The position numbers were made by a program, and so were the translations under genes. A stretch of 64,000 nucleotides of DNA from an uncultured delta proteobacterium (GTDB lineage: Bacteria; Myxococcota_A; Polyangia; Polyangiales; Polyangiaceae): contig CAWJCS010000006.1 in the NCBI GenBank assembly GCA_963841435.1, positions 160,001 to 224,000 of the forward strand, in the 5' to 3' direction. The notes under the pieces are model-generated. The model ran no database searches. It was not told where the DNA came from and saw only the letters and a program-made list of their open reading frames with translations. This document shows positions 1-10,190 of this stretch, piece after piece. Position 1 is the first letter of the stretch, and every line of letters starts with the position of its first letter.

Positions 1-1
1 G

Positions 2-103
2 GATCTGGAAGGAGGTCGCATTCCAGCCGAAGCGGCGGAGCACGTCGAGCACCCGTGGCTCCGGCGGCTCAGGTTCGTGACTCGGAGGAGGGGAGGTAGA
101 CAC
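2..103 (-). CDS. 5' part of DUF2156/phosphatidylglycerol lysyltransferase-domain protein (runs off left edge)
   Basis: Minus strand from GTG at 103 reads ...PRVLDVLRRFGWNATSFQI, resembling the N-terminus of myxobacterial DUF2156 proteins; GGAG upstream. Confidence 0.55.
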   Translation of the reverse strand, partial: MSTSPPPSHEPEPPEPRVLDVLRRFGWNATSFQI

Positions 104-170
104 GAAAGCAACCGCTCCACGCGAGCCTACCGCCGATCACCTCGCGCGCGAGGGGCTCGAGGCCGTGGGG

Positions 171-260
171 GGCTACCACCTCCACTACCCGAGTCGCCGG
201 CAACGTTCTCCCGCGTTCGCCTTGCTCGTCGACGCGCTACGCCTCAAGGAGAGGTCACGC
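171..260 (+). pseudogene. C-terminal remnant of a LysR-family regulator
   Basis: Translates GYHLHYPSRRQRSPAFALLVDALR, a typical LysR C-terminus; rest of gene absent. Confidence 0.6.
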
Positions 261-310
261 CCAACGCCAAACAAGACACGCGCTCCTCGCTCGTCTATCT
301 CGTGGGCGTC

Positions 311-938
311 ATGAGCTGGAGCAGGGTAGGCAGCCTCGGGCTTTTCGGGACGCTTTGCGTCTGTCAGTGCGGTCCCTCCGTGGCTTCCCGACGGGACGGG
401 TGGGCTCGCCGCTCGGTACGTGTCCTGGGAGCCGACGACGAAAGCGGTGCCGCGTCAGACCGGAAGCTCGCGTACGAGTACCTCCGGCAGAGCCTTTGCG
501 GTGGCGGACCGCGCGTCAGGCAGCGACGCTGTTGGCACTCGACCCGAGAGCTCCAGCTACGACGGTCTCGCTGTGTCTAGTATGTCCCCGGAATGGAGCT
601 ACGCGTGCGATAGCTGCCGGTGCGAAAGGGGCGCAGAACCACCGCCAGCACCGAGCAGAGCGCGGACCCAACCACCACCGCGGCCGCCCGGCTCGCCGCT
701 TGCCGATATCTGTCGGATCGATCCGGCGGCGTGTCCGCCACCGGTCCCGCCCGACGGACCGTGGGGAAAGTGGGGAGGGTGGGCTTGCATGACGCTACTG
801 ATAGCCGATTGCCCCGGTCGTCCAATGCCGCCCGCGGTGCGTCCGCCGACCTGCGTCGGCAAGCAGACGCCCAACGAGCCGCTCGCGGAGGCGTTCGCTC
901 GTTGCAAGGAGCAGGAGCGCCTCTTTCGGTCGCGCTGA
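311..938 (+). CDS. Putative secreted Cys/Pro-rich protein, apparently frameshifted
   Basis: ATG 311 gives signal-like MSWSRVGSLGLFGTLCVCQC; Cys/Pro-rich C-terminal part is in another frame (ORF 420..938). Confidence 0.3.
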
Positions 939-1013
939 GCGCCGGCTTTGCGTTGGTCGGGCGAGCGCATGCTTGCTCGAAGCCCGGTCTCGCACGAGAA
1001 TGAGGGTATCAAC

Positions 1014-1556
1014 ATGCTCACCCAAGTCGTCCCCGAGGGTCAGGTCCTCGTCTACGATGGCGTGGGCATGCTCTTCCGCGGGGACGTCTGCGTCATCGTC
1101 TATCAGAAGGCGGCGCGACTCGAACGGACGCGGTGGCTCTTCGATGTCGTCGAGAACTTTCTCGCGGGCACCGATACCGACCTCCTGGCCTTCATGCTGG
1201 TCCTGCCGAGCGCGGACCCGCCTGATGCGGAGACGCGCCAAGAGAACACGGACCGGATGCGACGGCTCGGCCCCCGCATCCGACGGCTCGTGACCACGCC
1301 GATCGGCAACGCGTTCAAGGTCAACGTGGTGCGGGCGATCATGCGAGGCCTCAACGTGGTGCTCGGCAATCGGGACAAGCAATTCATCGCCGACACCGTG
1401 GACCAGGGCCTGATGCGTTTGCTAGAAGCCACGAGCGAACGGACGCCGACCATCCAGCAAATGCGTGCCGACATCGCGGCCATCTACCGAGAGCTCGGCG
1501 AGTCGGAGCCGAGGTTTCCGACCATCCCCCCAGGCACCCGCAACAGCGAGGGGTGA
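1014..1556 (+). CDS. STAS/SEC14-like (SpoIIAA-like) myxobacterial protein
   Basis: ORF 948..1556, likely start ATG 1014; PPDAETR...GNAFKVNVVRAIMRGL pattern resembles this family. Confidence 0.5.
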   Translation: MLTQVVPEGQVLVYDGVGMLFRGDVCVIVYQKAARLERTRWLFDVVENFLAGTDTDLLAFMLVLPSADPPDAETRQENTDRMRRLGPRIRRLVTTPIGNAFKVNVVRAIMRGLNVVLGNRDKQFIADTVDQGLMRLLEATSERTPTIQQMRADIAAIYRELGESEPRFPTIPPGTRNSEG

Positions 1557-1633
1557 GTTGGGATTTGGCGCCCCGAAACGCGCTCGGGATCACCGCCCGT
1601 GCCGGACTGGGGGGTCTGTGATAACGAAACCGC

Positions 1634-2320
1634 GTGGCGCCGACTGCCTCTGCCTCCTCTTCCCCGGTGTCGTCGTCGACCGATGAGCGGAGCCTCCGCC
1701 TGCGAAGGGCCCTGCTCCTTTTGTGGGCGGTTCCCTTCGCCCCGCTCTTTGGCGTGCTCCATCCCCATCTGCCCGATCCGCCGATCCACCGCAGCTTGCT
1801 CGGTGCCGCGGTGTTTGCCGCCACGGCGCTCCCGGCCTTTTGGCTGCTCGGGCGCGAGAAAAAGAAGGCAATCTGGATCTGGCGGATTGTCTTCGTGGTG
1901 TGGGGGCTCCTCGTTCTTCCCGTACTGCTCACGGTCGCGGAGGGCATCGCCGCGGAGGGTTGGCCTACTGGCAGACAGAACGAGCCCGTGGCCCGTCTCT
2001 TGACCCTGGTGCTCTTGCTCACCGTGCCTGGGTTTCTGACCGGCCTTTTCGCGCTGCTGAGGACCCATCGCGTGACGAGCGCGCTCGCGCTCGCGACCGG
2101 TGTGCTCTATCTGGTAAACGGTGTGCTTCTGATCCGAGCCACGGCTGCCTCCGGGGGATGGTGGTTCAGCGTCGACAACGTTTTGAACATCATCCTCTCG
2201 GGCGCCAAGCTGGGGTCGTACCTGTCGATCCCGGTCGGACTTTTGCTCATCGCCGGCGCGATCGTGACGTTTCGAAGCGCCAGGGACCACGCCGCCCCGA
2301 CGCGCAGCCGAGCAGCGTGA
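1634..2320 (+). CDS. Hypothetical multi-pass membrane protein
   Basis: About 6 hydrophobic segments in a 228-aa ORF. Confidence 0.65.
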   Translation: MAPTASASSSPVSSSTDERSLRLRRALLLLWAVPFAPLFGVLHPHLPDPPIHRSLLGAAVFAATALPAFWLLGREKKKAIWIWRIVFVVWGLLVLPVLLTVAEGIAAEGWPTGRQNEPVARLLTLVLLLTVPGFLTGLFALLRTHRVTSALALATGVLYLVNGVLLIRATAASGGWWFSVDNVLNIILSGAKLGSYLSIPVGLLLIAGAIVTFRSARDHAAPTRSRAA

Positions 2321-2469
2321 CCGCGGCCAGCGAGCTGCCATCGCCGCGCGAAATACGACCTCGTTGCTCCCGGGTACGCCCGTGTCGGACATCGGCCTAG
2401 GCGATCACACAAGGGGCCGTCATCCGTGATCATTTCATTATTGGGGAGACAACTGATCCCCTGAGGCTC

Positions 2470-5400
2470 ATGCTAATGAGAGTGCGCGGTCGGCTGTCGA
2501 GGGTCGTTGTGGGAATTCTCCTGAGCGGGCTTTCCGCCGTAGGGTGCGGCGGGGACGACGACTTTCCGCCGGGGAGCGGTGGGGCGCGCGGCGGTCGCGG
2601 CGGGGGTTCCACGGCGGAGGCCGGTGAGGCGGGCGAAGGCGGTGCGCCGGCTAGCGGCGGATCCGGTCACGGCACGGGTGGAGCGGGACAGGAGGTCGGT
2701 GGGACTAGCGGCGTCGCTGCGGTCGGGGGCAGCGCGGGGAGGGGCGGTGGTGCGGGCGGCAGTGGAGCTGCTGGTACGGCCGGTACTCTCGGCGGGAGCG
2801 CGGGGGTGGAGCCGAGCGCCGGAACGGCAGGGGTCGACGCAAGCGGCGGGACCGGGATGGGTGGCAGCGTGTCGAGCGGCGGTGGCGGCGGCACGGCGCC
2901 CGGCGAGGGAGGGGAAGGCGGCGCGGTTGGCGAAGGTGGAGAGGCAGGCGCCGTCGGCAGCGGTGGGTCGAGCGGCGCCACGGCGGGCACTGCCGGAACG
3001 AGCGGTGTCGCCGGAACGAGCGGCGCGGGCGGCACGATGGGCGGCACCGCCGGCACGATGGGCGGCACGGGCGGCACGACGGGCGGCACGGGCGGCACGA
3101 CGGGCGGCACAGGCGGCACGACGGGCGGCACCGCCGGCACGATGGGCGGCACCGCCGGCACGACGGGCGGCACTGCCGGCACCAGCGGCACGAGCGGTGC
3201 GGGAGGCAGCGGCGGCTCGGGCGGTGGCTGCGTTGGCCCCGATCCGTGCGACTGCGTGAAGGTCGCGCCCGACGGCGACGACGCGGCGGCGGTTGCCGCG
3301 AACGGTGCCGTGCCGTTCGCCACCCTGCAGCCCGCGATCGATTACGCTGCGGCGCACCCCGAGGTGTCGAGCAACGTCTGCGTCGCCGCGGGACCCGCGT
3401 GCGGGGCGCAGGCCACTTACTTGCTCGGCACCGCGCTGAAGCTCAAGGCCGGCGTCGGCGTCTACGGCGCCTACGAGTCCTCCACCTTCACCCGCTGCTC
3501 GACCTCGGAGACGGTGATCAGTGGGGCATCGGTTTCCGCGAAGGACGAGGTCGGCGGACCGATCGTGCTCGACGGCTTCACCGTCGATGGCTCGATTGGC
3601 ATCCTTCGCTCGAACGCCGTCACGCTCTCGAACCTGGCTTCCGTGCCCAGCATCAACGTCAGCCGGTCGACGACGGTCGCCATTTTTCGGGTGGCGATCG
3701 TCGGCGGTGGCATTCACCTCGACCAGACGACCCCGGCGACCCTCACCGAGAGCACCATCGACAGCGACGTCGACCCGACGCTCTACGGCTCCGATACGGC
3801 GCTCTGGGTCAACAAGTCCGGGGCCGTGGTCTCGGACAACGTGGTGACCGCGCTTGGTCAGGCCCAGCCGGCGGTCGTGCTCGAGGGTCGAAACACCATC
3901 ACCTTCACGCGCAACAACGTCGATGCGGCCGGCGACGCGCTCCAGGCCTGGGACGGCTACGCCGAGATCGTGGAAAACGTCGTCACGGCGGGTGGGACGG
4001 GTGTCGAGATCTACGACTGCTTGTCGGCGGGAACGTGGGTCCAAGGCAACGACATCCAGGGAGTGACGGGCTTTCGCAGCTGGGGGTATTGTGGAACGGG
4101 GCACGTGGATTCGAATCGGGTCCGGGCCACCGGCCCCGACGCGGCGGGGCTCGACTGCTACGGCGGCTGCGCCGCCTCTGGCAACGACATCAGCGTCACG
4201 GCCAACCCCGCGGCGAGCACGGCCCGAGGCGTGTTCTGCCAATTCGACTGTCGCATGACGGACAATGACGTGATCGTGGATGCCGACGGTGGGCAATCCG
4301 GCATCGACATCGACGCGGCGGACGCCGACATTCTCCGCAACCGCATTATACTCCTGGGCAGCGGGGCCGGGTCGGGGCTCGATGCCGAGGGTGGCCTCGT
4401 CGAGCGGAATCTCATCGACGCCCCTCGTGCATTGTCCATCGGTGACACGGGAGTGCGAGTCAGCGAAGCCACGCTGCGCAACAACATGATCGTCGGCAAC
4501 CTGCGCGCGCAGCCCTGGCAGCAGCCGAGCCAACTGCTCGTCGAGCACAACACCATCGTGGGCTCGCTTTTGATCGACGGTGAGGGCGGGCGATACCTCG
4601 GGAACATCGTTCGCGGCAACGTTCTTCAGGGCCCGCCCTACACGGACAACACGCCATGGCCCGTCCCCGCCTGGGACCAGTTTCTCGACAACGACCTTCT
4701 GCCCGTTGGCGCGTATTTCTTCATAGGCAGCGGCGGGATCAACGTCAGCGTGACGACGCTCAACGCCTTCAATGCCCTCTACCCGCAGGTCCCGTACTCC
4801 GCGCTCACGAGCCGCAACTTCTCGGATGATCCGCTGTTCGGTCCCGGGAAGCACCTGACGGCGGGCTCGCCCTGCATCGACCGCGGCGCTACGGCCGTCA
4901 CCGGTGACATCGACATCGACGGCGAGGCGCGCACGGGGAAAAAAGACGTCGGTGCCGACGAATATAGCGCGGGCCCGCCATGCAGAGGCTTCTCCTGCAA
5001 CGGCCCGGGGCTCTGCCTCGACATCGGGTTCGCGCCGACGTGCGACTGCGACGCGGGTTACCTCAATCCCCCCGGCGACCAGCAGAGCTGCGTGGTCGAT
5101 GCGTGCGCGGCGCCGTCTCCCTGCGATCCGCTGACCACCTGCAGCAACACGTTCCCGGGGTTTTCGTGCAGTCCGTGTCCGTCCGGATATTCGGGCAGCG
5201 GGGACACCGGGTGTTACGACCAAGACCAGTGCCTGACGAACAACGGCGGGTGCGACCCGCTCACGCAGTGCATCGACGAGCCGACGGGGCGAAGCTGCGG
5301 CCCGTGCCCGAGCGGCTACCTCGGTGACGGCGAGACCGGCTGCTTGCCCGACGATTGCTCCAGCAACAACGGCGGCTGCGATCCGCTCACCACTTGCACC

Positions 5401-6120
5401 AACGATCCAGGTGGCTCCATCTGTGGCGCGTGCCCCTCGGGTTACGTGGGTGACGGCTCGACGGGTTGCGTGGAGGTCGTCTGTGGCGACGTGACGTTCG
5501 TCGATGCGAATCTCGAAGCTGCCGTGCGCAGCGCGCTGTCGATCCCGACCGGCCCCATCAGCGGCGCAGAGGCCGTGTCGCTCCAGGTCCTCTCCGCGCC
5601 CAACCTCGGGATCACGGATCTGACCGGTCTGGAATGCTTCACCGGGCTCACTTCGCTCGGTATCGGCAACAACCAGATCACGAGCCTCATGCCGCTGGAC
5701 GGCCTGCCGAAACTCGCCTCGCTGAACGTCCTCAACAACAAGCTCGGACATCTCGTGTACTGGCCGAGCATCGTCAACCTGGACGTCGCCGGGAACTTGT
5801 TCGCGAACACCGACGAGTTCGCGGCGCTGACGACGCTTCGCACGCTCGACATCTCCACCAACTACTGGCTCACGGACCTGGATGGTCTCGCCAACCTGCC
5901 GAATCTGGATGTCGTCGACCTTCACGACACGCCGGCGTACGACCTTGGCGGGCTCATCAGCGCCCTCGGCTCGGGCAACGTCGCGTTCGTTCAGTTCATC
6001 AACACCGTGCCCGGGCCCCCGTGCAGCGTGAAGTGCTCCGCCCTCGAGGTGCACGTCGGGCTGCTCGAAGCGCACGGCGTGACGGTCTACTTCACGCCGT
6101 GTAGCTCGGTCTGTCCGTAG
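2470..6120 (+). CDS. Large surface lipoprotein: Gly-rich linker, right-handed beta-helix, EGF-like repeats, internalin-like LRR
   Basis: Lipobox-like LSAVGC; G/T-rich linker; Asn-ladder repeats; LTAGSPCIDRG..DIDGEAR..DVGADE; repeated CxxNNGGCDPLTxC; FVDANLEAAVR and ITDLTGLE LRR motifs. Confidence 0.8.
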   Translation: MLMRVRGRLSRVVVGILLSGLSAVGCGGDDDFPPGSGGARGGRGGGSTAEAGEAGEGGAPASGGSGHGTGGAGQEVGGTSGVAAVGGSAGRGGGAGGSGAAGTAGTLGGSAGVEPSAGTAGVDASGGTGMGGSVSSGGGGGTAPGEGGEGGAVGEGGEAGAVGSGGSSGATAGTAGTSGVAGTSGAGGTMGGTAGTMGGTGGTTGGTGGTTGGTGGTTGGTAGTMGGTAGTTGGTAGTSGTSGAGGSGGSGGGCVGPDPCDCVKVAPDGDDAAAVAANGAVPFATLQPAIDYAAAHPEVSSNVCVAAGPACGAQATYLLGTALKLKAGVGVYGAYESSTFTRCSTSETVISGASVSAKDEVGGPIVLDGFTVDGSIGILRSNAVTLSNLASVPSINVSRSTTVAIFRVAIVGGGIHLDQTTPATLTESTIDSDVDPTLYGSDTALWVNKSGAVVSDNVVTALGQAQPAVVLEGRNTITFTRNNVDAAGDALQAWDGYAEIVENVVTAGGTGVEIYDCLSAGTWVQGNDIQGVTGFRSWGYCGTGHVDSNRVRATGPDAAGLDCYGGCAASGNDISVTANPAASTARGVFCQFDCRMTDNDVIVDADGGQSGIDIDAADADILRNRIILLGSGAGSGLDAEGGLVERNLIDAPRALSIGDTGVRVSEATLRNNMIVGNLRAQPWQQPSQLLVEHNTIVGSLLIDGEGGRYLGNIVRGNVLQGPPYTDNTPWPVPAWDQFLDNDLLPVGAYFFIGSGGINVSVTTLNAFNALYPQVPYSALTSRNFSDDPLFGPGKHLTAGSPCIDRGATAVTGDIDIDGEARTGKKDVGADEYSAGPPCRGFSCNGPGLCLDIGFAPTCDCDAGYLNPPGDQQSCVVDACAAPSPCDPLTTCSNTFPGFSCSPCPSGYSGSGDTGCYDQDQCLTNNGGCDPLTQCIDEPTGRSCGPCPSGYLGDGETGCLPDDCSSNNGGCDPLTTCTNDPGGSICGACPSGYVGDGSTGCVEVVCGDVTFVDANLEAAVRSALSIPTGPISGAEAVSLQVLSAPNLGITDLTGLECFTGLTSLGIGNNQITSLMPLDGLPKLASLNVLNNKLGHLVYWPSIVNLDVAGNLFANTDEFAALTTLRTLDISTNYWLTDLDGLANLPNLDVVDLHDTPAYDLGGLISALGSGNVAFVQFINTVPGPPCSVKCSALEVHVGLLEAHGVTVYFTPCSSVCP
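3029..3180 (+). repeat. Tandem ~21-bp repeats encoding GGT(M/T)GGT(A/G) linker
   Basis: Repeated ggcggcacgacgggcggcacg-like units. Confidence 0.7.
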
Positions 6121-6176
6121 CCAGCCACAGGCCTACGCTTTCAACCCGCAGCGCTCCCGTGAGCCTGCGCGCGGGC

Positions 6177-6282
6177 TCAGTACTCGCACGAGATCTTGAT
6201 GTCGGTTCCGCCGCCGCCCACGCACGTGTCGTACGAGTTGCCGCCGTTCAGCGTGTCGTTGCCGGCGCCGCCGTCGAGGCGA
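6177..6282 (-). pseudogene. C-terminal remnant of an RTX/hemolysin-type Ca-binding protein
   Basis: Minus frame reads RLDGGAGNDTLNGGNSYDTCVGGGGTDIKISCEY*; GGxGxD nonapeptides, no start. Confidence 0.6.
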
Positions 6283-6285
6283 GCG

Positions 6286-7209
6286 TCACGTTCGGCGTCG
6301 GCGTGCGGCGACGAGAGCGAGCAGACTCAGCGCAGCGACCACGCCGGGCGTGCCGATCGGCCGCGAGCCACCGATACTGCACCCGCCCTCGTCGCTGGCT
6401 CCAGCCGTCGCCTCAGGCTGACTTCCAGCGTCCGGTACTGCGCCGGGTTCGGGCACTGCGCCCGCAGGACCGGTCGCGTCTTCCGCCGTGAGCGACAGCA
6501 CGGCGTAGCCGTGGACGAAGTTTACGTTGCGCGCGTCGTGGGTCGAGAGATTCTTGGGTGAGCTCCAGCTGCCGGCCTGCCACCCGGCAGGGGTGGTGGC
6601 GGCGTCGAAATCCTCGCGCCAGGCGACCGTGAAGGCTCCGTTCGCGTACGACGAGTACTGAATCCAATCGACGTACTCGTGCACGGGGAGGATGGAGGGG
6701 TCGAAGTTGCCACCGAACGAGCTGTCGCCCGGCCAGATGTTGAACCGGATCTGCATGCCGCCGGTCGCGTTGTTCGCGTAGGCGGCCGCCGCGTCGCCGG
6801 TCTCGCGCCGGACTTCCGTACCGTCGAAGAACCAGGCGAGCGCGTCGGGCGTCCACTCGTAGGCATAAACGTGGAACTCGCCGCAGGGATCCGCGGTCAG
6901 CATCGGATACTGGTTGTGAACGGCCGCCGGGTTCCCGTAGAAGGCGTTCGTCACCAGACGGCAGTCCGCGCCGATCTTCTCGTAGTCGAGCTCGTTCCAG
7001 AACGTCCCGGGCATCTCGGAGCCGTCCTTCCACAGGAAGAACGAGCCGACGACGCCGTCACCCGCGGCGAAGCGGATCCGGGCTTCCACGCGACCGTAGC
7101 CGTAGGATGCCGCGCTGTAGAGCTCCGCGCTCCGCGTCGCGTGCGCGACTCGGGGCAAAAGGATCGTTGCGACAAACAAGCAAAGCGCTCGTGCGAGACA
7201 TCTCACCAT
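6286..7209 (-). CDS. Glycoside hydrolase family 16 with MYXO-CTERM-like sorting tail
   Basis: YGYGRVEARIR, catalytic WNELDYE, FHVYAYEWTPD; C-terminal GGCS + hydrophobic stretch + RRRR. Confidence 0.85.
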   Translation of the reverse strand: MVRCLARALCLFVATILLPRVAHATRSAELYSAASYGYGRVEARIRFAAGDGVVGSFFLWKDGSEMPGTFWNELDYEKIGADCRLVTNAFYGNPAAVHNQYPMLTADPCGEFHVYAYEWTPDALAWFFDGTEVRRETGDAAAAYANNATGGMQIRFNIWPGDSSFGGNFDPSILPVHEYVDWIQYSSYANGAFTVAWREDFDAATTPAGWQAGSWSSPKNLSTHDARNVNFVHGYAVLSLTAEDATGPAGAVPEPGAVPDAGSQPEATAGASDEGGCSIGGSRPIGTPGVVAALSLLALVAARRRRT

Positions 7210-7369
7210 CCACGATCACCTACCGCCCTGGCCGTCGGTCGTCTTCGCGTTCCTTGGGGAAAGCGCGCGTCATGCGTCGCCGGCCACTTGCGCGCAGCGA
7301 TCACGGTCAGCGAATCCAGGGCGGAAAAACTCATCAGCGTCCCGCGGGCGTCACTGGCGGGCCCCGCGA

Positions 7370-8835
7370 TTCGTGGTGAGGTAGTTCGAGGAGTACTTGA
7401 AGTGCGGGATCCTCGAAGAGGGTTGTCTACACCTCGTGTGCCGGAGCTGCGGCTACTCGCAGGTCGTGGCCTTGAGCTGCAAGAAGCGCGGCTTCTGCCC
7501 GGGCTGCCTGGGCCGGCGGATGGCCGATACGGCCGTCCACTTGGAGGAGCGCGTGCTGCCGGCCGTGCGAGTGCGCCATTGGATCTGCTCTCTGCCCTGG
7601 GGCCTCAGGGCGCTGCTCGGCTACGACCGGGAGCTGTGCGCCAAGGTCGTGAGCGCGTTCGTGGGCGAGCTCTGCCGCTCGCTGAAGAGGAGAGCAAAGC
7701 GACAGCTCGGGCTCGCGAGCGTCGCGCAAGCGCACACCGGCGCCGTCTGCGCCGTGCAGAGGACGGACGGGGCCCTCCGGCTCAACGTCCATCTCCACGT
7801 GCTCTCGCTCGACGGCGTCTACGTGCGCGACTCCGAGAGCGCCGCGCTCGTGTTCGAAGAGCTCGGCACGCCCAGCCACGCCGAGGTGCTCGACGTGGCC
7901 CGGCACACCGCCGAGCGCGTCGACAGGCTGCTCCGAAAGAGCGGGCGAAGCCTCGAGCGCGAGGGCGACGACGCCGTGCCCGAGCTCGTGCTCGACGAGC
8001 CGGGGCTCGCCTCCTGCTACGCGGCCGCCGCTCAGGGCATCAGCGTGGGCGGCGAGCGAGCGGGACTGCCCCAGCTCAGGCTCGTGTTCGGCACCGGCGC
8101 CGCTGCCGAGAGAGCCGAGCCCCGCGCCGACGACCCGGTCGCCGACCACCGGGGCGTCAACGTGCACGCCAAGCAGTCCGTCGACGGCCGCGACCGACGA
8201 CAGCTCGAAAGACTCTGCCGCTATGTCACGCGGCCTCCGGTTGCACAGGACCGGCTCGCTCGCCTGCCAGACGGCTCGCTCGAGCTCCGCCTCAAGCACC
8301 CGTGGAAGGACGGCACGCGCGCCGTCGTGCTCGAACCGGATGATCTCTTGGTCCGGCTCGTCGCCTCGGTGCCCCCGCCGCGCTGGCATTTACTTCGGTA
8401 CTTTGGCGTCATCTCGAGCCATTCGCGACTGCGCTCAGAAGTGGTCCCGCATACGCCCGCTGATCCAAGTGCCACCGCGCCGCCGCCTGCTCCGGGCGAT
8501 CAGCTCGAGCTCGCGCTCGCCGCCGAGGCGGCTCGCAAGCTGCTCGCGCGCCTTGGGCTCGGTCCGCGTCCGCCGCCGGCACCCAACCCACCGCCGCTCG
8601 GGCAGCTCGCGCTGCCGTTCCCGCGGTGAGCCGGCCCAATCCGGCTTCGCCTTGGCCGAGCGTGCGTGCGCTTGCCGCCCCAAGACCCGAAAAGCCGGCC
8701 CTCTTCCGCTCCCCCTCCTGCTCTTTTGCCCTCTCGCCCCTCTCGCCTCCCCACCGCGGCGGGGTCAGGCGTCACCCACCAAAGCCTCCGCCCGCCCCTC
8801 ACCCTCGTTTTCCCAGTTCGAATGCCCTTGGCGCC
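7370..8835 (+). mobile_element. IS91/ISCR-like element copy 1 (5'-truncated, in-frame TAG 7382-7384, 126-bp internal deletion near 8519)
   Basis: Zn-binding CRSC..SCKKRGFCPGC, HUH motif HLHVL, RLCRYVTRP; ends CCCAGTTCGAATGCCCTTGGCGCC. Confidence 0.9.
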
Positions 8836-10190
8836 GACCAGGTCACGGAGCTGCGCCAGGCCCTCGAGCGCCGCGGCGGACGTTACGACGAGCATCTCGT
8901 CTTCCGCGATGCGGAGGTGAGCGGCGGGGTTTGGCAGCGCGACGGGCTGCAAGCGCTGCTCACCGCCGTCGAAACCGGGCGCGTGCGTCGTGTCTTTGTC
9001 GAGGACGTGAGCCGCCTCTCACGCGACAAGGAAGATGCCGCGCGACTCGAGAAGACCTTCGACTACCACGGGGTCTCGATCGTCACGCTCGACGGTATGA
9101 CCTACGACGGAAGCGTCGGCTCATCACTCGCGTTCACGTTTCAGAGCGCTGGGGCTGCCCAGTACCTTCGCGACTTGGGCGCCAAGACGCGCCGTGGGTT
9201 GCGCGGCGCGCACCGTGAAGGGAAGAGCACGGGCGGCCGCTGCTACGGCTTCAAGGTCGCGGCTGGGAAGCTCGAGGTCGACGAGACCGAAGCCGCCACC
9301 GTGAAGCTCATCTTCACCCTGTACCTCGAGGGGCATGGCTACGCGGTGATCGCGCAGAAGCTGAACGAGCGCGGCGTACCTGCGCCTCGCAGCCGTCGAC
9401 GCGCGGGGATCGGCTGGATGCACTCGTGCATCCGCGAAATGCTTCGCAACCCGAAGTACGTCGGCGAATTCGCGTTCGGCGTCCGGAAGTGGCAGCGGCA
9501 CCCAACCACGCGCAGGCGCGTCGCGCGCACCAACCATGACGCGGACGTACTGCGAACAAATCGCCCGGAGCTCACGGTCGTCGATCGGCAGACGTGGGAC
9601 GCGGTGCAAGCGCTGCTCGCGAAGCACGCGAAGAACTACAAGGCGCGCGCCGTCCCCCACGGCAGGACGAACTACTTGCTGACCGGCTTGCTTCGCTGCG
9701 GCTGCTGCGGAGCCCCGATGCAGATCATGGGCGGCAGCACCGAGCGCTATTACCGCTGCGTCGCCAACCGAAAGCGCGGGACCTGCTCGAACAGGCTCAG
9801 CGTGCGCGAGGGGCTCACCCGAACGCGCATCCTCGCGGCCGTGAGCGAGGCGCTGGCTACGCCCAAAGCCATCGCCTACGTACGCCAGCGACTCGCCGAG
9901 CGCGCCGGCTCCCTGTCGCGCGACGCCGGCCGCGAGGTAGCCGAGCGCTCCGGGCGCCTTGAGCGCACCGAGGAGCGCGTCCGAGGCCTGATCACCATGC
10001 AGGCCGAGGGCGACCGCTCTCCAATGGTTTCCGAGATGCGGGCCGACCTCGAGGCACAGGCCGCCCAGGACCGCGCCGCAATCGCCGACCTCCGAACCAT
10101 GGCATCGGCGCCCATCCGTCTCCCGCCGGTCGACCTGCTCATCGAGCGCGTGTTCGCGCTCCGCGCTCTCGCCGAGTCCCAGAACGTCCA
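8836..10190 (+). pseudogene. Large serine recombinase/integrase truncated at both ends by IS91-like copies
   Basis: FRDAEVSG, VEDVSRLSRD, GGRCYGF, LRNPKYVG, YLLTGLLRCGCCG, YYRC; N-terminal YxRxS catalytic segment missing. Confidence 0.85.

Noticed and set aside
2473-6075. Long antisense ORFs (also 20664-23216, 34003-36009, 58199-60118)
   Set aside because: Shadow ORFs expected from high-GC codon bias opposite real genes
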